Source: a bacterium
GTDB lineage: Bacteria > Patescibacteriota > Minisyncoccia > Phycocordibacterales > Phycocordibacteraceae
Length of the DNA stretch: 64,000 nucleotides
Direction of reading: 5' to 3'
Assembly (NCBI GenBank): GCA_023267755.1
Contig: JAHFMR010000004.1
Coordinates: forward strand, 8,535 to 72,534
Under the pieces are notes generated by a model that was given only the letters and a program-made list of their open reading frames with translations, searched no databases and was not told where the DNA came from. Made by a program: the position numbers and the translations under genes. Of the stretch, positions 27,218 to 36,276 are shown one piece after another; the stretch's first letter is position 1; every line of letters starts with the position of its first letter.

Positions 27218-29215
27218 TCATGCATTGAGCTTTTTGAGGAAATCGATCTCACTCACGACCGGGACACCAAGCGCCTGCGCCTTCGCGAGTTTGGAGCCGG
27301 CGGCTTCGCCCGCCACGACAAACGATGTCTTGGCCGAGACCGATGCTGCCGCCTTGCCGCCGGCGTTGCGGACGCGCGCCTCGGCCTCCTCGCGCGAGAG
27401 AGTCGGAAGTGTCCCAGTGATGACGACCGTCTGGCCTTGCAAGGGTGCCCCTTGTGCAACGAGGGGCACCCTCGTGATTCGGAGATGCTTCTGCAGCCGC
27501 ACGAGTAGTGCGCGATTCCCCGCATCGCGGAACCAGCCGGCAACTGACGCGCCGATAACAGTACCGATACCCTCGATACGTGAGAGTTCTTCCTCGCTCG
27601 CTCCGCGTAGTCGCGCAAGAGTTCCCAGATGTGTCGCGAGCAGGTACGCAATCTCCTCCCCGACATGGAAGATACCTAGTCCGATTAGCAGTCGGCTGAG
27701 TGCTACTCTCCGCGCCGCACCAATAGCCCGTATCAAATTGTTTGCTTTTGTCTCCTCGAAGCTCGGAAGGGTGAGGAGCTCGTCCTTGGTGAGCGTGAAG
27801 ATATCGTCAAACTCCGACACGAGCTCGTGCTCCATCAGGAGCCGTACCGTCTCACGACCCATCCCCTCGATATCGAGCGCACTCTTCCCCGCGAAGTGGA
27901 TCAGGCGTCGCGCCTGCTGGTCGAACGAGCCCGCTACCTTACAGCGGTGCGCCGCCTCTCCCGCCACACGCTCGGTGCTCCCGTCTCCCCCACACAAAGG
28001 TGAGTGGGTCGGGAAGATCCACGCCCTTGCTCCCTTGCTCCGAAGCTCTTTGATAACAGAAACAATTTCCGGAATAACATCACCCGCTTTCTGTAAGATG
28101 ACCGTATCGCCGATACGAATATCCTTCTCCTTGATGAAATCTTCGTTGTGGAGCGTCGCGCGCGCGACGACGCTCCCCGCGACGAGGACTGGTCGCAGGT
28201 GCGCCACCGGCGTGAGCTTCCCGGTGCGCCCCACCTGGAGCGCGATATCCTCGATTACCGTCTGGACCTGCTCTGCCGGGAACTTATACGCGATAGCGAA
28301 GCGTGGCGCCTTACCCGTGTAGCCAAGCATCTCCTGGAGGGCACGCTCCTCCACCTTCACCACAACGCCGTCGAGTTGATAATCGACCTTATCGCGCGCA
28401 CCTCCTCGCCACTTTTCCCAATACGCAAACGCCTCGTCGAGCGAGTTCACGTGACGATGTTCCGGATTGACCGGGAGCCCGAGCCCTTTCAGGTATTCAA
28501 GCTCTTCGCTCTGCGTCTGCGGGAGCGCCTCTGACGTCTGTGCCACGTCGTACAGGAAGGCGCCAAGCGGCCGAGAGGCCGCCACCTTCGGGTCGAGCTG
28601 GCGGACAGAGCCGGCGGCGGCATTGCGCGGATTGGCGAATTCTGATTCGCCCTGAGCTTGTCGAAGGGCATTTAACTTTTTAAAACCAGAGCGCGTGAGA
28701 TACACCTCCCCTTCGGCCACCAGGTCGACCGAGCGGTTGAGCCGCTCGGGCACCGCAACAATCGTCCGGATATTGTGCGTGACGTCTTCGCCGACAACGC
28801 CGTCACCGCGCGTCGCGGCGAGCACCAGCTCCCCTTTTATATAGGTGAAGACAATCTTGAGTCCGTCTATCTTAAGCTCGAGGTCATAGGTCGGCGACTT
28901 CCCGGTCAGGCGCTGTACGCGCGTATCGAAGGCACGCAGCTCCTCTTCGGTAAACGCATCATTAAACGACCACTGTGGTGCTGTGTGGCGTACCTTGGAG
29001 AGCTCGGGAAGCGCGTCTCCCACGATGCGCCCGGTCACCGAGGAGGTATCGGCAAGCTCGGGATAGCGCTCCTCGAGCTCGATGAGTTCCCGGTGGAGCC
29101 CGTCGTAGGCGCTGTCAGAGAGCTCGGGTGCGTCGAGCGTGTAGTAGAGGTGCGCGTGATGCGCGAGGAGCTCACGCAGCTGCGCTACGCGTGTCCGTGC
29201 TTTCTGGGGAGCCAT
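27218..29215 (-). CDS. ligA: NAD-dependent DNA ligase
   Basis: ELKIDG, ATRGDG, FANPRNAAAGS, DGVVVK, KAGDVIP, C-terminal BRCT. Confidence 0.97.
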   Translation of the reverse strand: MAPQKARTRVAQLRELLAHHAHLYYTLDAPELSDSAYDGLHRELIELEERYPELADTSSVTGRIVGDALPELSKVRHTAPQWSFNDAFTEEELRAFDTRVQRLTGKSPTYDLELKIDGLKIVFTYIKGELVLAATRGDGVVGEDVTHNIRTIVAVPERLNRSVDLVAEGEVYLTRSGFKKLNALRQAQGESEFANPRNAAAGSVRQLDPKVAASRPLGAFLYDVAQTSEALPQTQSEELEYLKGLGLPVNPEHRHVNSLDEAFAYWEKWRGGARDKVDYQLDGVVVKVEERALQEMLGYTGKAPRFAIAYKFPAEQVQTVIEDIALQVGRTGKLTPVAHLRPVLVAGSVVARATLHNEDFIKEKDIRIGDTVILQKAGDVIPEIVSVIKELRSKGARAWIFPTHSPLCGGDGSTERVAGEAAHRCKVAGSFDQQARRLIHFAGKSALDIEGMGRETVRLLMEHELVSEFDDIFTLTKDELLTLPSFEETKANNLIRAIGAARRVALSRLLIGLGIFHVGEEIAYLLATHLGTLARLRGASEEELSRIEGIGTVIGASVAGWFRDAGNRALLVRLQKHLRITRVPLVAQGAPLQGQTVVITGTLPTLSREEAEARVRNAGGKAAASVSAKTSFVVAGEAAGSKLAKAQALGVPVVSEIDFLKKLNA

Positions 29216-29235
29216 ATGCCCCATTATACCGTGTA

Positions 29236-29730
29236 TCAATAATGAGCGCTGACGCCGCGTGAGACGAAGCGTGCGACATCGGGATTCACCAATACGTCGC
29301 AAGACACGTCATAGCCAACTGCGTACAGGAACGTGGAGAGATTGCTCGGCGGCTGCGGTGTCGTGTATTTATAGACCGTAACATCCGCGCACCGTGTTCC
29401 TGCGTCAAATGAGAGCCGTGCGGTTGAAATGAGACTCTCTGATGAAGAAAACTGAACTGCCGCGACCGTTGTTCCATCACAGGTGAGACTCTTAGGTTTT
29501 CCGTCATATTTTGAATACGCGAAGAGATCTTGTTGCTGGTCGGCATAGAGTGCGCATTCGAGTGCTGTATCGGCAACATAAAACGCGTATTGCGATTCGA
29601 TAGAACCCGAGGCGAGTACTTGCTGTTTATAACCAATCGAGGAGAGCGCCAGACCAAAAGAAAGCATCACCGACATAAAAATGACTGCAATAAGGAGCGT
29701 AAACCCGCGCTGTGTATCTTTTATTGCCAT
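29236..29730 (-). CDS. Minor pilin, PilX-like
   Basis: QRG|FTLLIAVIF without Glu5; AFYVAD..LECA. Confidence 0.78.
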   Translation of the reverse strand: MAIKDTQRGFTLLIAVIFMSVMLSFGLALSSIGYKQQVLASGSIESQYAFYVADTALECALYADQQQDLFAYSKYDGKPKSLTCDGTTVAAVQFSSSESLISTARLSFDAGTRCADVTVYKYTTPQPPSNLSTFLYAVGYDVSCDVLVNPDVARFVSRGVSAHY

Positions 29731-30311
29731 GCCGTAAGGTGGTCGGAGACCGTTATTGAATACGGCGTACCATGATAATTCCATGAAACCTTTGAGAGTA
29801 CTTTTGTTTCGCTTGCTGTTATTTCGAGCACTTGGATTGTGCGCGTAAAGGGTGTCGGAGTTCCTCCACTACTTTGCTGACGGTAGAGCGATCGTCCCGA
29901 ATCATCTTTTATAAGACGGAGTGGCATACAAGAACCCTCTACTCCCGTCGAACAGGACTGGGTCGAGACGCCGCTGACCGGATCGAGCGTACACGCCTGC
30001 AATGCGTTTACCGTTGCATTGCAGTTGTTAACTGAAGAAAGGTCTGTGCTCGGATTATTCAAAAACGCGCTCCACGCGTCTCCCGATATATTTTGTCCAC
30101 CTGTATGATACGCGAGAAGGTATTCGTTATCGCGCATTGCACGAACGTATTCGATCCCCTCTTGGGCGAGATACGCGGCGGTGAGCTGGTCGCGAGACGT
30201 CTCTGCCGCGATAATCGCACGGCTTGCGGTAAAAAGCGGTCCTGTCATCGCGAGCGTGAGGATAGTAATCGCGACCATAGACTCGATGAGGGTAAAGCCT
30301 TTCATATTCAA
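29721..30311 (-). CDS. Minor pilin, PilV-like
   Basis: KG|FTLIESMVAI; AAYLAQEGIE. Confidence 0.85.
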   Translation of the reverse strand: MNMKGFTLIESMVAITILTLAMTGPLFTASRAIIAAETSRDQLTAAYLAQEGIEYVRAMRDNEYLLAYHTGGQNISGDAWSAFLNNPSTDLSSVNNCNATVNALQACTLDPVSGVSTQSCSTGVEGSCMPLRLIKDDSGRSLYRQQSSGGTPTPFTRTIQVLEITASETKVLSKVSWNYHGTPYSITVSDHLTAWQ

Positions 30312-31141
30312 GGGGTGATGGTAACCGTGACGCTACAGGTAGCTGTGTTCCCTGCACTATTGGTCACCGTACCTACATAGGTAGTATCCGCAGTAATCGC
30401 ATTTACCGCAGATATCGAACCCGCCACTGCCGGCGAGACCGCTCCGACACCTTGGTTAATCGAAAACCCATTTGATTTTGCATTCGTGGTCGTCCACGAC
30501 AGGGTGGGTTTACCGCCAGAGAGCACCGATGTCGGATTTGCAGTAAGCACGCAGACCGGCACGATAGGTGCCGTGAGCGACCCTGTCACCGTCAAGTCGA
30601 CCCCGCGCAAGGTCGAGCTGGTCTCAATAGTAAACGGCTGCGAGGTCTTTCCGACGCGAGAAGAGGTCATACCCGATACAATAATAGTCACGTGTGGCTG
30701 CAGATAATCGTTCGACGCAACCGTTCCAGTCCCCGTGACATAGAAAGTAAGCTTCGTGACGCTCACCGTCGGGTCGGTCAATATGATACCGTTTTCGGTG
30801 ATAGTTCCTACGGAACCATCTACTCCCTGTGTACCTCGTGCGTACGTGATATTCTCCCCATTTACATCTTTGAATGAAAAGACTTCGTCTCCGTCTGGAC
30901 AATCACCGCCATATACTCCACAAGAATACGCGGTGCCCGTGCGGATATTACGTGTCATTGTCTCGAGCGCGAAGGAGAGACTATTAACACCAGTAGCAAC
31001 ATCTTGTGTTTGCCGATTCAGATCCATCATCAGGAGATAGGCTCCCGAGGCGAGTGTCATCACGAGTGCAAAAAGCCCCACGGCGACAATAAGCTCTATG
31101 AGGGTATACCCGCGCGAGGTTGTAGAAATACTAGATTTCAT
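30308..31141 (-). CDS. Minor pilin, PilW-like, with a C-terminal Ig-like extension
   Basis: RG|YTLIELIVA; ALETMTRNIR; beta-rich tail with TLSWTT. Confidence 0.82.
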   Translation of the reverse strand: MKSSISTTSRGYTLIELIVAVGLFALVMTLASGAYLLMMDLNRQTQDVATGVNSLSFALETMTRNIRTGTAYSCGVYGGDCPDGDEVFSFKDVNGENITYARGTQGVDGSVGTITENGIILTDPTVSVTKLTFYVTGTGTVASNDYLQPHVTIIVSGMTSSRVGKTSQPFTIETSSTLRGVDLTVTGSLTAPIVPVCVLTANPTSVLSGGKPTLSWTTTNAKSNGFSINQGVGAVSPAVAGSISAVNAITADTTYVGTVTNSAGNTATCSVTVTITP

Positions 31142-31791
31142 GGGCAGGAGGGGGCATTAGCGATAATCTGTCCTGAGGCTGCGACTGAGATGAAGCGAGA
31201 AGTTTTTTGCGGCGAAGTAATAGTGAGGCACGCTGCTGAATATGACGTGAAGGTGGAACCATTCGCATTAATGAACGCGTCTGGATTGGGGCGCGAGAAC
31301 ACGATATCGAGCGTACTCAAATCACCGGTTGCCGCACAACGCCACCCTCCAGAAGAGAACGCGCAGAAATCGCTGACGACTATCCCGTTCCCGAGCGTAT
31401 ACGTTCGCACAAGCGCGTCCGTCGGAGAATAAAGATGGTCCCCGGGTTTACAATCAGGCCGAGTGCATACTAAATCGGTTGCGGGCCAAATGTCGGCGAA
31501 GAGCATAAAGGATCCCGTTGTTCCGCTATCAAAATGAAGACCGTATCCAGCATTTGCATTAGTACCTAGAGCGCGACTGCCCAGTCCAAAATTTTCAGCA
31601 GATCGCAGCGTGAGTGCGATATCGTATGCAGTATTGGCGAGAACAAGTGTCTTATTGAACGAACTCTGACTTGTAAGAACGATAGTGGAGATCGCGCCGA
31701 TAATCGCGAGCACGACCAGAAGCTCAATCAGTGTAAAACCACTCGAGTCTAGCGACTGAGTATATTTGCGATAAAGACGAAAGGATCCCAT
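31138..31791 (-). CDS. Minor pilin, FimT/FimU-like
   Basis: SG|FTLIELLVVLAI; true start may be downstream. Confidence 0.82.
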   Translation of the reverse strand: MGSFRLYRKYTQSLDSSGFTLIELLVVLAIIGAISTIVLTSQSSFNKTLVLANTAYDIALTLRSAENFGLGSRALGTNANAGYGLHFDSGTTGSFMLFADIWPATDLVCTRPDCKPGDHLYSPTDALVRTYTLGNGIVVSDFCAFSSGGWRCAATGDLSTLDIVFSRPNPDAFINANGSTFTSYSAACLTITSPQKTSRFISVAASGQIIANAPSCP

Positions 31792-32519
31792 TGGGTGAAG
31801 TATGCGAGGAGAAACCCTGCGGCCAAGAACGGCGCGAATGGCACCTCAACTCCCATTCTAGAGCCAGCAGGCCTGCCTAACAACACGAATATACCTATGA
31901 CGGCCCCAATCCAAAACGAAAATATGAACCCGGGCAATGCGGCTAGCCCGGTGAGGAGCGCAAGACCGAAGGCGAAAGGAGCATCAGCAAAGCCCATTGC
32001 GCGTCCGCGCGAGAAGTAGTGGATAAGCGCGAGTGAAAGGCCGATAAGCAGCGCGGTAGAGAGAGCGGCGAGGAACTCCGCGAACGACGGCGCGAGCAGG
32101 TAGCCCTCGAGCGCGCTCACGAGGACGAACGTCGTGAGTAGAGACGCCGGCAGTATCTGGTGCACAAGGTCGTAGAGCACCAGAGCGAGGAGCAGCGAGA
32201 GTGCGAGCAACATACCGGCGAGCGGCACCGAGAGGCCGAGTACCGAGTACGCAAGTACGAAGAGCCCGCCGAGCAGGAGCTCGGTAAGCGGCGACCACTT
32301 TGAAATAGTTGCCCCGCAACACTGTGCGCGCCCGCGCGCGAGAAGGAAGGAGAAGATAGGCACGAGTGCAAACGGGGAGAGCGGCTTGGCGCACGCATCA
32401 CAGCGGGAGCGGCCAGCGAGTATCCCCTCTCCAGTATTGAGGCGCGCCACCACAACACCGACAAAGCTCGCGATAAGAGCACCGAGACAGAAGAGAGCTG
32501 TCGCGAAGAGTGGATCCAT
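31749..32519 (-). CDS. pilD: Prepilin peptidase
   Basis: GRSRCDAC, LVPIFSF, YDL..QILP, MGFAD, VPFAPFL. Confidence 0.92.
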   Translation of the reverse strand: MDPLFATALFCLGALIASFVGVVVARLNTGEGILAGRSRCDACAKPLSPFALVPIFSFLLARGRAQCCGATISKWSPLTELLLGGLFVLAYSVLGLSVPLAGMLLALSLLLALVLYDLVHQILPASLLTTFVLVSALEGYLLAPSFAEFLAALSTALLIGLSLALIHYFSRGRAMGFADAPFAFGLALLTGLAALPGFIFSFWIGAVIGIFVLLGRPAGSRMGVEVPFAPFLAAGFLLAYFTQWDPFVFIANILSR

Positions 32520-32583
32520 AGAGGCATCATACCAGAAGCCCGCGGCAGAGCCGCGGGCTTCTCTCACTTCACACGTATCTAGC

Positions 32584-32997
32584 TTACGGACAGACCGTCG
32601 CCGCTGCGAGAGCGGTTGCTGAGGTGGTCGCCGTTCCGAGGCTGTCCACACAGTAGTTCGTTCCTGCTGTCGCGATAAGATCAGCAGCCACTGCGTAGGC
32701 AGTACCATTTGCAGCTTCGTTGCAGTGGACTGCGCCGCCAGAACCGTTTGCTGTATCAGCAGCAGTTGTCTGCTTGGTAACAGTCGCGTCCCCACAGAGG
32801 CCGATGTACGAATTGGCATGATCGCCGTAGTAGAGCTGTGCCTGGGTGCGGATGCCGTCGAGATCGCTCATCACCGCTGCATCGTTGCCCTTGGAACGAG
32901 CGGTGTTAAGCGAGGCGAGGACGACCGCCGAGAGGACGCCGATGATGGCGATGACGACGAGAAGTTCGATAAGAGTGAAACCGCGTTGTTTGTTCAT
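32584..32997 (-). CDS. Type IV pilin
   Basis: QRG|FTLIELLVVIAIIG; YCVDS. Confidence 0.93.
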   Translation of the reverse strand: MNKQRGFTLIELLVVIAIIGVLSAVVLASLNTARSKGNDAAVMSDLDGIRTQAQLYYGDHANSYIGLCGDATVTKQTTAADTANGSGGAVHCNEAANGTAYAVAADLIATAGTNYCVDSLGTATTSATALAAATVCP

Positions 32998-33034
32998 AGT
33001 ATGTTTGTTACGTAATTATATTTCTTAATAAGAG

Positions 33035-33490
33035 CTACGGGCAAGATGTAGCACCAGGAGACATAGTCGTCGGTGACGTCGACGCCATTCCTGAGGCATC
33101 AACGCACCAGTACTGAGTAGCGTTGCTAACCGTCTTGGAATTCAATTTTACTTGAATAGCGTACGCAGTAGCACTCGAACCACAAATCGGCGCTGTACCG
33201 CCCGCAGCGCTCTGCGCTGCGGTTACCGCCTTAATGATTGTTGTATCAGCCCACAGCGTGCCAGCGCCAGCACAGGCACTTACAGTACTGCCATAACTAT
33301 TGCTGTTGGAGCCATAGAAAATCTCCGATTGTGTTTGGATCGCAGCAAGATCGGACTGGATTGCCGCGTCGTTCCCCTTGGAACGGGCGGTGTTGAGTGA
33401 AGCGAGGACGACCGCCGAGAGCACGCCGATGATAGCGATGACGACGAGAAGTTCGATAAGAGTGAAGCCGCGAGAACGATTTTTGTACAT
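33035..33490 (-). CDS. Type IV pilin
   Basis: SRG|FTLIELLVVIAIIG; YWCVDASG; ATG at 33490. Confidence 0.93.
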   Translation of the reverse strand: MYKNRSRGFTLIELLVVIAIIGVLSAVVLASLNTARSKGNDAAIQSDLAAIQTQSEIFYGSNSNSYGSTVSACAGAGTLWADTTIIKAVTAAQSAAGGTAPICGSSATAYAIQVKLNSKTVSNATQYWCVDASGMASTSPTTMSPGATSCP

Positions 33491-33566
33491 AAAATTATAT
33501 GGGGAGTTAATAATTGCATTGTACGCCCTAGAGGACCCCGCTAGAACCAGGGGTGTGGATAGCTCT

Positions 33567-34772
33567 TTAGATAGACCCTGCGAGGTTATAGATCGGGAGC
33601 AGTATGGCAGCAAGCAAAATGGCGACCCCAAGACCGAGAAGGACAATCATAATCGGCTCGATAAGGCCGACTAGCGTGTCGACGGAGTTCGATACTTCAC
33701 GATTATAGAACTTCGCAAGCGTCGTGAGGATCTGTCCGAGTTCGCCGGTCTCTTCCCCTACCCTTGTCATCGCGACCATAATGCCAGGGATTTCTGCATG
33801 CCGGCCGAGCGCGTCGCTAATAGGTAACCCTCCCTTCACGTCTGAAGCGACCTGATGCAATACGCGCGAGTACACGACATTGTCGACAACCGAGCCGGTA
33901 ATATCTATTGCCGCGATGACCGAGACGCCTGAGAGAAGCATCGTCGAGAAGTTGTCTGCGATGCGCGAGAGATACAGTTTCTTATACAAATCACCGACAT
34001 ACGGGATCGATAATTTAATCCCGTCGAGAACGTTCTTCCCGTCCTCGGTCTTTCCGAGTTGCCACACGTACACGCCGACAGCTGCAAGTGCAATAAGTAT
34101 GAAAATACCGTACTGAATGATGAGATTGGAGAAGCCGATGACAATCTTTGTGTAGATAGGTATATCCTGCCCGGAATCGAGTAGAACTGCGCTAATCTTC
34201 GGTATCACGAGCGTAAGCATCAATGTCATCACACCAAAGAAGACAAAGATAACGAAGATTGGATAAATAAGCGCATTTTCAGCCTTGCTCGCAAGGTCGT
34301 ATGAGCGATCGAGATAATCAGCGAGATAACTGAAGGTCTGCGAAAGCTTGCCTGACTCTTCTCCTGCACGCACCATATTCACGTAGAACGTCGAGAAGAT
34401 ATCGGGGTGCCGCGAGAGCGCTTTACTGATAGGGCTTCCCCCTTGCAGGTCGTCCCCGATTGTCGAGAGGATGCCTGCGAGCTTCGCATTGCCAACCTCA
34501 GAGGCGAGAAGACGGAAAACGCGCAGCGCCGATACCTGCGCTTCAAACAGGGTCGCAATCTGACGCGAGAGGATAACTATTTCTTTATTCGATACGCGCT
34601 CAAGAAATGAGAATTTGAGTTCTAAAAATGAACGCTCCTCGGCAGACGTAATCGCTGAGATGATGAGATTACGACGTTGAAGAGCGGGGATCGCGGCTTC
34701 CTTTGAAGGGGCTTCGATAGTCCCCTCTCGCTCGTGCCCATCCTGATCAATCGCGTGATACTTAAAAAGCAT
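33567..34772 (-). CDS. pilC: Type IV pilus platform protein
   Basis: SRQIATL, AGEESGKL, ALIYP, VGEETG, LIEP. Confidence 0.95.
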   Translation of the reverse strand: MLFKYHAIDQDGHEREGTIEAPSKEAAIPALQRRNLIISAITSAEERSFLELKFSFLERVSNKEIVILSRQIATLFEAQVSALRVFRLLASEVGNAKLAGILSTIGDDLQGGSPISKALSRHPDIFSTFYVNMVRAGEESGKLSQTFSYLADYLDRSYDLASKAENALIYPIFVIFVFFGVMTLMLTLVIPKISAVLLDSGQDIPIYTKIVIGFSNLIIQYGIFILIALAAVGVYVWQLGKTEDGKNVLDGIKLSIPYVGDLYKKLYLSRIADNFSTMLLSGVSVIAAIDITGSVVDNVVYSRVLHQVASDVKGGLPISDALGRHAEIPGIMVAMTRVGEETGELGQILTTLAKFYNREVSNSVDTLVGLIEPIMIVLLGLGVAILLAAILLPIYNLAGSI

Positions 34773-34775
34773 AAT

Positions 34776-35837
34776 TTAGAGGTAATGCTCGAAGGTCTTC
34801 GGATCCATCGCGTGTTCGTAGGCATGCTCGGCGGTCACTTCGCCACGTCGCACCAGCTCGGCGAGTGAACGATCCATATCGATCATCCCTTCTTGTGAAG
34901 ATGTCTGGATAACCGTGCTTATCTCGTGCGTCCGCCCATCGCGGATGAGCGTACTTACGGCATTATTGTTGATGAGGAGCTCATACGCTGGAATAAGTCC
35001 TCCTGAAACACGCGGGATAAGCCGCTGTGAAAATATACCGGCAAGACTTCCAGCGAGCTGCACTCGCACCTGTCCTTGTTGCTCAGCCGGGAACATATCG
35101 ATAATGCGATCGATAGTTTGTGCTGCATTGTTGGTGTGCAAGGTCGAGAACACGAGGTGCCCTGTCTCGGCAGCCGTCACCGCCGATGAAATCGTCTCGT
35201 AGTCGCGCATCTCTCCCACCATAATGACATCGACGTCTTCACGAAACGCGCCTTGCAGCGCCGCGTGGAAGTCGGGAGTGTCGATATGCACTTCGCGTTG
35301 GTGGATGAGCGAGCGTTTCGGCGTAAAAACGTACTCGACCGGATCTTCGATGGTGAGAATATGTTCCGCGCGCGAATCGTTAATACGATCAATCATCGTA
35401 GCGAGCGTGGTCGACTTACCCTGGCCGACCGGCCCCACGACGAGGAAGAACCCTTGCTCGCGCTGCGTGAAGACCTCGAGGATAGTGGGGAGATTGAGCT
35501 CGGTGAAGGTGCTAATTGCCCGCGGAATGAGTCGAAACGCGAGAGCAGTGGCTCCCTGCGCGTAGTAGCCGTTCACCCGGAACCGCTGATCTGCCTGGTG
35601 CGCGTACGAAAGGTCGATAGACTGATCCCTCTCAAAGGTCGCCCACCGATCCGAGGGCACGATACTCTTGAGCATTTCCTCGGTCTCAGCGGGAGTAAGC
35701 GCCGGATATTTATTAAGAGAGATAAGCGCACCCGAAACGCGGAGCATTGGCGATCCTCCGGCGAAGATATGCAGATCTGAACCGCCCTGGGAGACGACGA
35801 CGTCGAGCAGTTCTTCGAGGCGTTTGTTAGCGGCCAT
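34776..35837 (-). CDS. pilT: Pilus retraction ATPase
   Basis: SDLHI, GPVGQGKSTT, TIEDPVEY, GEMRD, AAETGHLVFSTLH. Confidence 0.95.
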   Translation of the reverse strand: MAANKRLEELLDVVVSQGGSDLHIFAGGSPMLRVSGALISLNKYPALTPAETEEMLKSIVPSDRWATFERDQSIDLSYAHQADQRFRVNGYYAQGATALAFRLIPRAISTFTELNLPTILEVFTQREQGFFLVVGPVGQGKSTTLATMIDRINDSRAEHILTIEDPVEYVFTPKRSLIHQREVHIDTPDFHAALQGAFREDVDVIMVGEMRDYETISSAVTAAETGHLVFSTLHTNNAAQTIDRIIDMFPAEQQGQVRVQLAGSLAGIFSQRLIPRVSGGLIPAYELLINNNAVSTLIRDGRTHEISTVIQTSSQEGMIDMDRSLAELVRRGEVTAEHAYEHAMDPKTFEHYL

Positions 35838-35841
35838 GACG

Positions 35842-36249
35842 CTAGCGAGTGGCGCCGGCAGCAGGCGCATTTGATTCGATGGTGCGAATAGTTTCGGCGA
35901 ACACTTCAGACGGGATAGCTGACGCTTTTATGATGTATCCATCTGCAAGGAGTTTTTTCGCCTTCTCAAGGTCTGAATCCTGGCCCTGATTTGAGAGAAT
36001 CACTATCTTTGAACCTTGGACGAGGTTTTCTTTCCGGATTGCCTCAAGCGCGCCAAAACCGCCGATACCCGGCATAATGAGGTCGAGAAGAATGACATCG
36101 GGTGCTTTTGTATCTGCTTTGTGAAGCGCGGCAAGAAGGTCTTCCCCGCTATTGAACACGCTCACATCGTGTCCAGCCGTGCGGAACTTCACTGCGTACA
36201 AATCCACAAGAAATCTATCGTCGTCAACTAGGAAAATACGATATGCCAT
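35842..36249 (-). CDS. Single-domain response regulator
   Basis: LVDDD, PDVILLDLIMP, ILSN, YIIK. Confidence 0.92.
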   Translation of the reverse strand: MAYRIFLVDDDRFLVDLYAVKFRTAGHDVSVFNSGEDLLAALHKADTKAPDVILLDLIMPGIGGFGALEAIRKENLVQGSKIVILSNQGQDSDLEKAKKLLADGYIIKASAIPSEVFAETIRTIESNAPAAGATR

Positions 36250-36276
36250 TACGATAAGTATACCCCATTACAGGAG

